37,653 nt of DNA from Rhodospirillales bacterium. Lineage in GTDB: Bacteria > Pseudomonadota > Gammaproteobacteria > Steroidobacterales > Rariloculaceae. The position numbers were made by a program, and so were the translations under genes. Under the pieces are notes generated by a model that saw only the letters and a list, made by a program, of their open reading frames with translations, was not told the DNA's origin and did not search any database. Location: the NCBI GenBank assembly GCA_024640665.1, contig JAHEEO010000003.1, positions 1 through 37,653 of the forward strand, written 5' to 3'. This document shows, piece after piece, positions 1 to 6,968 of the stretch (positions are counted from its first letter, which is position 1; each line of letters opens with the position of its first letter).

Positions 1-235
1 GAGCGGCAGCCGGTGGCTCAACGGGATTAGCCGTGTCTCGCGCAGCTGCTAAAGCGACGCGGGTGCGGGCAGGTGCAGCGGCACCGTCCACGCGAATCGT
101 GACCGCGACGGCAGATCTGTCTTCTGGTCGGTCGCTGTAAACCGCATTGCCCTGGGCATCCAACGACCGATAGACTTCGGCAGCTGACAATGACGACATA
201 CACAATGTCAAAGCTAGAAAAACTTTCCCATTCAC
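1..235 (-). CDS. DUF4124-type secreted protein, N-terminal part (gene runs off the left edge)
   Basis: It is missing from the ORF track because it has no stop codon inside the window. The minus strand from GTG at 235 reads MNGKVFLALTLCMSSLSAAEVYRSLDAQGNAVYSDRPEDRSAVAV... This is a signal peptide followed by the x-Y-R-x-x-D-x-x-G-x-x-x-YSDRP signature, which also occurs in the ORF at 19396..19935 (WRWVDASGTVHYSDRP). GAGG lies 9 nt upstream of the GTG. An alternative ATG is at 199. Confidence 0.55.
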   Translation of the reverse strand, partial: MNGKVFLALTLCMSSLSAAEVYRSLDAQGNAVYSDRPEDRSAVAVTIRVDGAAAPARTRVALAAARDTANPVEPPAAA

Positions 236-370
236 TCGGCGTTGCCTCGTTCGGCACGATTGATCAAAAAGTCTAGCATGCCGGCGATTTCGATTGACGT
301 GATGAGGCTCTCCGTTTTTCGGCACAATAGTCAGAATCTAAGTTGGTAAAAACAGATTAAGGTAAGTGAA

Positions 371-634
371 ATGACGCATGAATCCCGCAGCTTCAATTTA
401 GATGATCTCGCTCGCCAACTCGCTGATGCTATCCCCTCGAATCTGCGCGGCATCGGCGAAGACTTGCAGCGCAATTTTAAAACGCTGCTCCAATCCGGTC
501 TCGGTCGCATGGATTTGGTCACCCGTGAGGAATTCGATATTCAGAAGGCCCTGCTCGCGCGAACCCGCGAAAAGCTCGAGCATATGGATCGTCGTCTCAG
601 CGCGCTCGAATCGGAGCTCGATCCGCACGATTAG
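371..634 (+). CDS. ubiK: UbiK/YqiC-family accessory factor (small coiled-coil protein)
   Basis: The 87-aa ORF contains DLVTREEFDIQKALLARTREKLEHMDRRLSALE, the typical C-terminal coiled coil of UbiK/YqiC. It sits directly upstream of comM, as in Pseudomonas. An AAGG ribosome-binding site precedes the ATG. Confidence 0.8.
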   Translation: MTHESRSFNLDDLARQLADAIPSNLRGIGEDLQRNFKTLLQSGLGRMDLVTREEFDIQKALLARTREKLEHMDRRLSALESELDPHD

Positions 635-665
635 TCCGATCCCGGCCGCCGGTTGAGGCGACTGG

Positions 666-2180
666 GTGGCGCTCGCGCACTTACTGAGTCGCGGCCAATC
701 CGGGCTCACTGCATATGAAGTCTCCGTAGAAGTACATATCGCCGGCGGCTTGCCCAGCTTTTCGATAGCCGGATTACCGACGACCACCGTCAGGGAAAGC
801 AAGGATCGGGTGCGCGCCGCACTGCAAACCTGTGGCCTGCCGATTCCGCCGCGCCGCATTACCGTGCACCTCGGACCTGCAGAAATCCCCAAAGACGGTG
901 GGCGCTTCGATCTGCCCATTGCCCTCGGCGTCTTGCTCGCACAGCAATCGCGGCCATGGAACGTGGCCAACACGGAGTTCGTTGGCGAGCTGACTCTCGG
1001 CGGCGAATTGCGAGCCGTCAGAGGCATTTTACCAGCGATCATCGCCGCCAAAGCAGCCGGCAGAACCATCGTGATTCCTGCGCAGAGCAGCCGTGAGGCC
1101 GCACTGGTAGAACACAATACTGCCTTAACGGCTGCCCACTTGACCGACGTCATAGCCCATCTCGATGGACGCGCTGCGCTTGCAAGCGTGCCGGCAGCCG
1201 CGCCCGGTGAGTGCGCTGCCGAGTCACCGGATTTAAGCGATATTCAGGGTCAAGACTTAGCAAAACGCGCTCTGACACTGGCCGCCGCCGGCGGCCATAA
1301 CTTGCTGTTCGTCGGACCGCCGGGCGCCGGTAAGAGCATGTTGGCTGAGCGCTTGAGCGGCTTGTTGCCGCCGCTGACGAACGAGCAGCGGCTACAGGTC
1401 GCCGCGATTCGTTCATTAACCGGACAAGTCGATGACTTCTCCGGTGCCGTACCGTTTCGTGCCCCGCATCACACTTGCTCGGCTCGGGCGCTCATTGGCG
1501 GCGGCGCGAAACCGCGCCCCGGCGAGGTTTCGATGGCAAATCAAGGCATCTTGTTTTTGGACGAATTGCCCGAATTCGCGCGCGATGCCGTCGAGGCATT
1601 GCGCGAACCGCTCGAGTCGGGCTTCGTAACCGTATCCCGGGTCATGGATCGGGTCCGGTACCCGGCCGAATTTCTGCTGGTGGCGGCAATGAACCCGTGC
1701 CCGTGCGGACATGCCGGCGACGAGCACCGCTGCATCTGCACGCCGGCTCGACTGCTGCATTATCAAAATCGAGTGTCCGGGCCCATTTTAGATCGCATCG
1801 ACATGCACGTTGAGGTGCCACGGGTCGCGGTAAAAACCGCGCTTGAACAGCCACCATTGGAATCGCCGATGCTGCGTCAAGCCGTCGCCGCCGCGCGCCA
1901 ACGGCAGCTTGACCGCGCTGGCACATTGAACGCCCGCCTGAAGCCCGCAATGCTGCAGCAGGTGGTTGCGCCGACTAAAGCAGCAGCGGCTTTGCTTTCA
2001 CGATGCAGTGAAAAGTGGCAGTTGAGCGGGCGGTCGGTCGTGCGAATTCTAAAGACGGCACGAACAATTGCCGATTTGGCGGCTGCAGAAAGCGTGGAGC
2101 GCGAACATATTGCCGAAGCGCTGCAACTACGCTATCTCGATCGGCGTGGCAGACAAAGTAACGATCAAACTGGGTTATAA
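666..2180 (+). CDS. comM: YifB/ComM family Mg-chelatase-like AAA+ ATPase
   Basis: 504 aa with a GTG start. The N-terminal Lon-like domain reads VEVHIAGGLPSFSIAGLPTTTVRESKDRVRAAL. The Walker A is GPPGAGKSMLA, followed by ILFLDELPEF, a Cys cluster (NPCPCGH...C.C) and the C-terminal ChlI-like domain. Confidence 0.95.
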   Translation: MALAHLLSRGQSGLTAYEVSVEVHIAGGLPSFSIAGLPTTTVRESKDRVRAALQTCGLPIPPRRITVHLGPAEIPKDGGRFDLPIALGVLLAQQSRPWNVANTEFVGELTLGGELRAVRGILPAIIAAKAAGRTIVIPAQSSREAALVEHNTALTAAHLTDVIAHLDGRAALASVPAAAPGECAAESPDLSDIQGQDLAKRALTLAAAGGHNLLFVGPPGAGKSMLAERLSGLLPPLTNEQRLQVAAIRSLTGQVDDFSGAVPFRAPHHTCSARALIGGGAKPRPGEVSMANQGILFLDELPEFARDAVEALREPLESGFVTVSRVMDRVRYPAEFLLVAAMNPCPCGHAGDEHRCICTPARLLHYQNRVSGPILDRIDMHVEVPRVAVKTALEQPPLESPMLRQAVAAARQRQLDRAGTLNARLKPAMLQQVVAPTKAAAALLSRCSEKWQLSGRSVVRILKTARTIADLAAAESVEREHIAEALQLRYLDRRGRQSNDQTGL

Positions 2181-2211
2181 TCGCGCCGCGGCTCGACGTG
2201 AGGAAATAAGC

Positions 2212-2724
2212 TTGAACGCTAGTGAACAGAAATTGTTCGATGGTTTTACATTTGTTCTGGGAATATTTCTCGGCGCATTATGTGCTGCTGCAGCGGCGGT
2301 TACCGCCGGCGCTTTGGATAGCCGCAGCCGCCTGAACACCGACGACGAGATCGCCATGGAAGCCATTGCAGACAGGCTTGCGCCCGTTGGCCGCATAGCG
2401 CTGCTTGGCGACGCCGAACTTGCCGTAGCGGCAGCGCCTGTCGTTGCACCAACCCGCGTCGATACGGTGCTTTCCGGTCCGCAGGTCTTCAACGAAGCTT
2501 GCTATCTCTGTCACGCACCACCCGGCGTACCTGGCGCGCCAGTCGTTGGCGATGTCGCAGCATGGGAGCCACGGGCTGCGCAGGGACTGCAACTACTGCA
2601 AGAACATGCCATCAACGGCTATCAGGGCGTCGCGGGTTTTATGCCTGCAAAAGGCGGCCGTGTAGACTTATCAGACGACGAAGTTCGCTCTGCCGTCGAA
2701 TACATGCTTGAACAATTGCCATAG
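2212..2724 (+). CDS. membrane-anchored c-type cytochrome (cytochrome c5 family)
   Basis: The CYLCH haem-binding motif is at 2500..2514, and the Met ligand region (GFMPAKGG) follows it. An N-terminal TM helix reads FTFVLGIFLGALCAAAAAV. The track ORF begins at 2068 inside comM; I trimmed it to TTG 2212, which has GAGGAA 6 nt upstream. Confidence 0.85.
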   Translation: MNASEQKLFDGFTFVLGIFLGALCAAAAAVTAGALDSRSRLNTDDEIAMEAIADRLAPVGRIALLGDAELAVAAAPVVAPTRVDTVLSGPQVFNEACYLCHAPPGVPGAPVVGDVAAWEPRAAQGLQLLQEHAINGYQGVAGFMPAKGGRVDLSDDEVRSAVEYMLEQLP

Positions 2725-2754
2725 AGGAAATGGGTGTAGCGGTTACCGCCGCGC

Positions 2755-3798
2755 TCAATTCACGCATTCAAATGGCTCTACCCGTGCATCCGGTAACCAA
2801 ATGAAATGCTTGCTCACTGTAACTGGCGCTGTAAAAGTGGCTGCATCCGTTACGGTTAAGACATAGTCGAGTCGTGAACCTTGATCGGCCAATACAAACC
2901 GTTCTTCCAACACAGCATCCTGACTCAAAGGTATACCGACGCTATCAAAGTGCCCCCAATCCACCCGCGTCGTCATTACGACGAGTGCGTCATCTTCCCA
3001 GCGTCCTAGCGAGAAACCAAGCCGTGAGAACGGCTGTTGTTGTGGGTCCAGGTCACGCGACATGTGGATAGTGCGGCGCGTATCGTACTCCTCGATACGC
3101 AAGAGGATTTGATCGCCGGCATCGATAATTTCCATCGGGTAAGGCTGTTCCATGATGGTCGGCATGCCTTTCGGCGCGCAATCGCGCGTTGGATCATCTT
3201 CAAAGAAGTCGAAGGCTGCGAGGGCTGCCGCGGCGCTGGTTGTCAGAGGATAATTCGAAAAATCAAACTCGGAATCCAGGGCTTCCGGAAATAGAAACCC
3301 CGCTCCGGAACCCGTGCTCCAAACGCGAAAGATGCCCAATTCACTGGCATCGGTTTCGCCGCTGACCTCGCGTACGGCTTCGCCGGCGCGCAGTGCGCGT
3401 TCGGCATCCGTCCACCGCGGGCCACCGCCAAATACGAGCTCGTTACCGTTAGGCAGCAATACATTGCGCACAAAAACGTTATTAAGATTGCGCCGTGAGG
3501 GGTTGCCGGCGACGACCAAACGATCGCCAACGCCAATCATGTCTTCAGTGATTCCCCAACGACTGATGCCGGCCACAGATAGCGTTTCGATATCCCACGG
3601 CATGACTTCACCCTCCGCATTGGTAACATTGAGCAGGAAACGCACATGCGGGTTTTGCCAACTGACTTCGGATACGATGCCTTCGAGCTCCGTGGTGCTC
3701 GAGCGATCGAACCAGGCCGATACGCTGTGATGACCAACAGCCACATGAGACAGGCCGCTCAATAACGCTGTCGTGATAAAAACTCGCTTGAGTGTCAT
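2755..3798 (-). CDS. secreted hypothetical protein, HHS-start beta-sandwich-like N-domain plus extra C-terminal domain
   Basis: I trimmed the 389-aa track ORF to ATG 3798, which has GGAGG upstream. That start gives the signal peptide MTLKRVFITTALLSGLSHVAVG followed by HHSVSAWFD...SWQNPHV. This resembles the small secreted family I recall as DUF6152; the family number is from memory and needs verification. About 200 further residues have no domain I can recognise. Confidence 0.75.
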   Translation of the reverse strand: MTLKRVFITTALLSGLSHVAVGHHSVSAWFDRSSTTELEGIVSEVSWQNPHVRFLLNVTNAEGEVMPWDIETLSVAGISRWGITEDMIGVGDRLVVAGNPSRRNLNNVFVRNVLLPNGNELVFGGGPRWTDAERALRAGEAVREVSGETDASELGIFRVWSTGSGAGFLFPEALDSEFDFSNYPLTTSAAAALAAFDFFEDDPTRDCAPKGMPTIMEQPYPMEIIDAGDQILLRIEEYDTRRTIHMSRDLDPQQQPFSRLGFSLGRWEDDALVVMTTRVDWGHFDSVGIPLSQDAVLEERFVLADQGSRLDYVLTVTDAATFTAPVTVSKHFIWLPDARVEPFECVN

Positions 3799-3836
3799 TG
3801 TTATGGATCCCCTCCGTAAGCGAAAACGCAAGCCGC

Positions 3837-4136
3837 CTATTTGGCTCGCCAGAGTGTTTCGAATTCGCGCTTCGTCACGTTGCTTTCGAGCATCGGCATC
3901 GAAAGCCGTGACAACCCAAACCATCCCGGCTCGTCCGCTGACGGAACCAGCTGGTGAGTAATCTGACCGTTTGCGGCGACGCCGAGTTCACGCTGGACCC
4001 AACCGTCTTCGTCTATCTCTGTATACAACACATTGTGTTTGAGTGTGGCCAGTTCATCGGATGTCCATTTCAAGTAGATCATAGAGCGCCATTTTTTTAT
4101 TGTTATCGTCAAGCTTATCGCCGAGGCCTCATCCAT
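3837..4136 (-). CDS. small hypothetical cytoplasmic protein
   Basis: The composition looks protein-like: ...IYLKWTSDELATLKHNVLYTEIDEDGWVQRELGV...TKREFETLWRAK. The gene sits between the PaaI thioesterase gene and the secreted-protein gene on the same strand. The start is uncertain: ATG 4136 overlaps the PaaI gene by 22 nt, and ATG 4082 is the alternative. Confidence 0.45.
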   Translation of the reverse strand: MDEASAISLTITIKKWRSMIYLKWTSDELATLKHNVLYTEIDEDGWVQRELGVAANGQITHQLVPSADEPGWFGLSRLSMPMLESNVTKREFETLWRAK

Positions 4137-4591
4137 GCCGCATCAACCTGAATCGCTGTAACCACACCCTCAGCACAGACTTTCCCTTCTGCTAGCAGTC
4201 TACAGCGCAGATCAAAACTGCGTGGGTTTGCTTGCATAATCTCGGCGTTGAGTTCCAATGGACTGTCGATCGGTGATGGACGCAGATAGTCGATCGACAG
4301 CTTTGCGGTCGCATAGTAGTAGTGCGGTGGCGAACCAATGGGTCGACCGTCCCGAAAATAGGCCGCCGCTACTGCCGTACATATGCAGTGACAGTCGATC
4401 AGCGTGCTGATTATTCCGCCGTTGACGAAGTGCTTTGGCGCGGCACAATGGTATTCCTGCGGCACAAAACGCGCCACACTCTTTCCCTCGCCAGTCCAAA
4501 AACTTTTGAGGCCTAATCCCGACTCATTGTCAGGCCCGCAACCGAAGCAATTGTTGTGCGGAATCTGCTCTTGAAGCGATGGTTCCGCCAA
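4115..4591 (-). CDS. PaaI-family (hotdog fold) thioesterase
   Basis: 158 aa. The N-terminal CFGCGPDN motif and the central HFVNGGIISTLIDCH segment are typical of PaaI/4HBT hotdog thioesterases. Confidence 0.85.
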   Translation of the reverse strand: MAEPSLQEQIPHNNCFGCGPDNESGLGLKSFWTGEGKSVARFVPQEYHCAAPKHFVNGGIISTLIDCHCICTAVAAAYFRDGRPIGSPPHYYYATAKLSIDYLRPSPIDSPLELNAEIMQANPRSFDLRCRLLAEGKVCAEGVVTAIQVDAAWMRPRR

Positions 4592-4617
4592 ACGCGCTAC
4601 TCAGATACCGTTTGCGA

Positions 4618-4869
4618 CTAACGCCGCTCTCGGGGTCTTGCTTCATTGATGCGCAGGGCTCTTCCACCCAATTCTTTGCCATTAAGCTGTGAAACGGCCG
4701 TTTCACCTTCGCTTTGATCTGGCATTTCGACAAAACCAAAACCTCGCGAACGACCCGTTTCTCGATCTGAAAGAATTTTCACCGAAGAAACTTCACCGTG
4801 TGCAGCAAACGCTTCACGCAACTCATCTTCAGTCATGCTATACGACAAATTACCAACGTAGATATTCAT
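4618..4869 (-). CDS. RRM-type RNA-binding protein
   Basis: 83 aa. RNP2 is IYVGNL and RNP1 is RGFGFVEM, followed by a short Arg-rich tail. This is the classic single-RRM bacterial Rbp. Confidence 0.9.
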   Translation of the reverse strand: MNIYVGNLSYSMTEDELREAFAAHGEVSSVKILSDRETGRSRGFGFVEMPDQSEGETAVSQLNGKELGGRALRINEARPRERR

Positions 4870-4876
4870 TCCAAGC

Positions 4877-4922
4877 TCTCACGCCATTCCTATCATTTAG
4901 CAGCACAACCAATGGCGTGAGA
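4877..4922 (-). promoter_or_regulatory. 5-prime UTR stem-loop (12-bp perfect stem, 22-nt loop) ending 7 nt before the RRM start codon
   Basis: tctcacgccatt (4877..4888) is the exact reverse complement of aatggcgtgaga (4911..4922). On the mRNA the 3-prime arm contains GUGAGAG, the only Shine-Dalgarno-like purine run upstream of AUG 4869. Confidence 0.5.
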
Positions 4923-4987
4923 TTGTGTGCTCGATCGCAGAACGACTCCTATGAATGGGTTTACGCTGCGACCGTCTACCGACTCGT

Positions 4988-5003
4988 ATTGCCCGAAGGC
5001 AAT
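4988..5003 (-). promoter_or_regulatory. 5-prime-terminal hairpin with UUCG tetraloop in the RRM gene leader
   Basis: On the minus strand the sequence is AUUGCC-UUCG-GGCAAU, a 6-bp stem with a UUCG loop. It begins within a few nt of the start site predicted from the promoter at 5008..5036. Confidence 0.4.
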
Positions 5004-5007
5004 CCTG

Positions 5008-5036
5008 ACTCTACGGCGGCTCGAGAAATCGGTCAA
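5008..5036 (-). promoter_or_regulatory. putative sigma-70 promoter of the RRM/PaaI operon
   Basis: On the minus strand: TTGACC (5036..5031), a 17-nt spacer, then TAGAGT (5013..5008). It lies about 140 nt upstream of the RRM start codon. Confidence 0.45.
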
Positions 5037-5506
5037 TCCCGCGACTTAGGCGGCCTTCGATCGGTAACGAATTTGTGTTTGGGCAGAGTGAGTCGAAAAC
5101 CCAAGAGACACGTCGCGAAAATCGCGAATATTGCCGCGATCCACACAAAAAAGCCGCTGCCGAAGCTGAGTTCGGGCAACGGTGCGCCGTTGGCGCGAGC
5201 GGTTGTTTCTGCCGCGAAACTCGTTAGCGCAATGCCACCGGCCAGCGCGGCGCTGGCAGCTCCAACGCGGTAAAAGCCCGCAAATCCCGCAACCACGGTA
5301 ATGAGTAATAGAGGATTTGCGAACCACGCTATGACACCGAAGCGCACGGCGGCGAAACCCTGCGTAAGTACCTCATAACCTGAATAGCTGCGCCCACCAT
5401 CGGTTATGACCGCTGGCAGCAGCAGAGAAAAACACCACGCGAGAACAGCGGCAGCAAAGGCAAATCTAAGTGCGTTCGAACCGTATGACACGAATATCCA
5501 CTTCAT
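5033..5506 (-). CDS. hypothetical integral membrane protein (about 4 TM helices)
   Basis: 157 aa with four hydrophobic segments and a basic C-terminal tail (KHKFVTDRRPPKSRD). Its start overlaps the end of the upstream gene by 41 nt. I recognise no family. Confidence 0.6.
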   Translation of the reverse strand: MKWIFVSYGSNALRFAFAAAVLAWCFSLLLPAVITDGGRSYSGYEVLTQGFAAVRFGVIAWFANPLLLITVVAGFAGFYRVGAASAALAGGIALTSFAAETTARANGAPLPELSFGSGFFVWIAAIFAIFATCLLGFRLTLPKHKFVTDRRPPKSRD

Positions 5507-5924
5507 CGCCGATCAAGTCGGCTACGTAGTCAATAAAGAAACTGGTCGGGTAGCCTAAAGACGCATCGTAACGAACACGCACAACCGCACCGCGCTGTAT
5601 CGCGCTATCGATCAATTCAAAAAGCTCTTGGACGGTCCAGTACAGAGAAAAATTCCGTTCGGCCGCCGGCACGATCCGTTCGGAGTTAACGAGTCGATGC
5701 CTAACGTCGGTGACTGTGCCGGCCGTGACGGTTACCAGTGTTTCAGGTGGTGTATCACCGTGACAGTCGCAATACTTGTTATAACCATATGTGTAACTTG
5801 AAATGGCACTCGTTTGCCAACGTTCCCGAGCCTGTGACAATTCTGTCAGCGCATTCGTGCCCTGAGCTTGCACGCCAAATGACGGAGCAATGAAAAGTAA
5901 CGACAACATCATCAGCATTCGCAT
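5466..5924 (-). CDS. secreted hypothetical protein (DUF6174-like)
   Basis: The signal peptide is MRMLMMLSLLFIAPSFGVQAQG. It is followed by W..S.ISSYTYGYNKYCDCHG...VTVTAGTV, a pattern I associate with DUF6174; the family number is from memory. Confidence 0.65.
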   Translation of the reverse strand: MRMLMMLSLLFIAPSFGVQAQGTNALTELSQARERWQTSAISSYTYGYNKYCDCHGDTPPETLVTVTAGTVTDVRHRLVNSERIVPAAERNFSLYWTVQELFELIDSAIQRGAVVRVRYDASLGYPTSFFIDYVADLIGDEVDIRVIRFERT

Positions 5925-5934
5925 AGTTCTGTAC

Positions 5935-6318
5935 TCAAGTCGTTAGTGAATTCGCAGGTCGCGTCCATCGAACGATTAACGCCGCAAGCAGATATATCAG
6001 GTTCAGCGCACCGATCCAATGCTCCCAGCCGCTCGCCCACAGCAGGACGCCCCCTACCGGCAAAAAAGCGACCAGGAACATCGCCAGCATGACATTCCCA
6101 TGGCCTTTGACCGCCGCAATTGTTCCAATGACAGCCGCGATAAGCAGCAATACGCTGACGACGATGCTGCCCCAGCCTGGCAAGGCTTGCCCGGAACTCG
6201 GCGACCATAGCAACAAGGCCCATAACGCTACTGTTGTCGCACTCGCAACGGCACCGATCGCTTGTGCGAGGCTCCGCAGTATCGGCCGCGCTGACGTTGG
6301 CTCGCTCATGGACGACAT
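5935..6318 (-). CDS. hypothetical integral membrane protein
   Basis: 127 aa with three to four hydrophobic helices (for example AVASATTVALWALLLW and IVVSVLLLIAAVIGTIAAV). It is tightly packed with its neighbours on the same strand. Confidence 0.55.
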   Translation of the reverse strand: MSSMSEPTSARPILRSLAQAIGAVASATTVALWALLLWSPSSGQALPGWGSIVVSVLLLIAAVIGTIAAVKGHGNVMLAMFLVAFLPVGGVLLWASGWEHWIGALNLIYLLAALIVRWTRPANSLTT

Positions 6319-6339
6319 GCAAACTGGCAGGCAGCGCTG

Positions 6340-6600
6340 CTAGTGGCGACCGGAAGCACTGACGACGCCTGCCGCGAATACGACCAAACCGATACCGATG
6401 CCTAAACCGGCGCCAATGGCCGCACCGATCAACAGGTTGCCGAAAAACATGCCGATCAGCACGCCGATCAAGGCGCCCCATAACAAACCGGCCGGTAATG
6501 CGAGGCTACCCCAACGAGGGAAGCCTGCGGGTGCTTGCGATTGCTGTTCAGTCATAGGGCGATAAGCGGATGTACCGGGTGGATTTGCTGCGACGGTCAA
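6340..6600 (-). CDS. small glycine-zipper membrane protein
   Basis: The C-terminal half is GALIGVLIGMFFGNLLIGAAIGAGLGIGIGLVVFAAGVV, a run of GxxxG repeats. The start is ambiguous between TTG 6600 and ATG 6555, and neither has a clear Shine-Dalgarno sequence. Confidence 0.5.
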   Translation of the reverse strand: MTVAANPPGTSAYRPMTEQQSQAPAGFPRWGSLALPAGLLWGALIGVLIGMFFGNLLIGAAIGAGLGIGIGLVVFAAGVVSASGRH

Positions 6601-6611
6601 CGCTTGCTGAA

Positions 6612-6893
6612 CTAGTCAGAGCGCTCTGTAACCTCGATTAGGTGGTAGCCGAATTGCGTCTGCACAGGTCCCTGTACTTCACCAACTGCGGCGCTAAATA
6701 CGACTTCCTCGAATTCGCGGACCATCTGGCCCCGGCCGAACTGCCCAAGATCTCCACCGCGCTGCCCTGAAGGACACTGCGAATGCGCCTTTGCCACGGC
6801 CGCGAAATCGGCGCCATTTTCTATTTGGGTCTTTAAGTCTACGCACTGTTCTTCGTCGTCAACGAGAATGTGCCGTGCGGATGCGGTTGTCAT
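6612..6893 (-). CDS. ppiC: parvulin-type peptidyl-prolyl cis-trans isomerase
   Basis: 93 aa: ARHILV...[27 protein letters not shown]...GYHLIEV. This is full-length similarity to PpiC/Par10. Confidence 0.9.
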   Translation of the reverse strand: MTTASARHILVDDEEQCVDLKTQIENGADFAAVAKAHSQCPSGQRGGDLGQFGRGQMVREFEEVVFSAAVGEVQGPVQTQFGYHLIEVTERSD

Positions 6894-6968
6894 CTGTTGC
6901 TCCCGATCAGTCTATAGAAGCCCAATTATGCCTGATCGACGTTGGCGACAACACGCGGTGCGCGCCTA

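Noticed and set aside
398-1153. Long antisense or alternative-frame ORFs (398..1153, 1416..1766, 5912..6481, 7480..7953, 8204..8683, 14115..14630, 25149..26202, 30447..31166, 35136..35661 and similar)
   Set aside because: Each lies opposite to, or out of frame with, a gene that has strong family signatures. Their translations are Arg/Ser/Ala/Pro-rich with no recognisable motifs. They look like typical shadow ORFs of moderately GC-rich DNA.
2068-2211. N-terminal extensions in the ORF track (2068 for cytochrome c5, 3924 for the secreted protein, 11281 for yibN, 11709 for grxC, 30967 for rpmH, 31070 for rnpA, 31420 for yidC, 34571 for the hydrolase, 21707 for glyQS, 11406 for envC)
   Set aside because: The extensions overlap upstream genes or promoters and contain no family-conserved sequence. 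Internal starts restore canonical N-termini or signal peptides, several of them with good Shine-Dalgarno sequences or stop/start overlaps.
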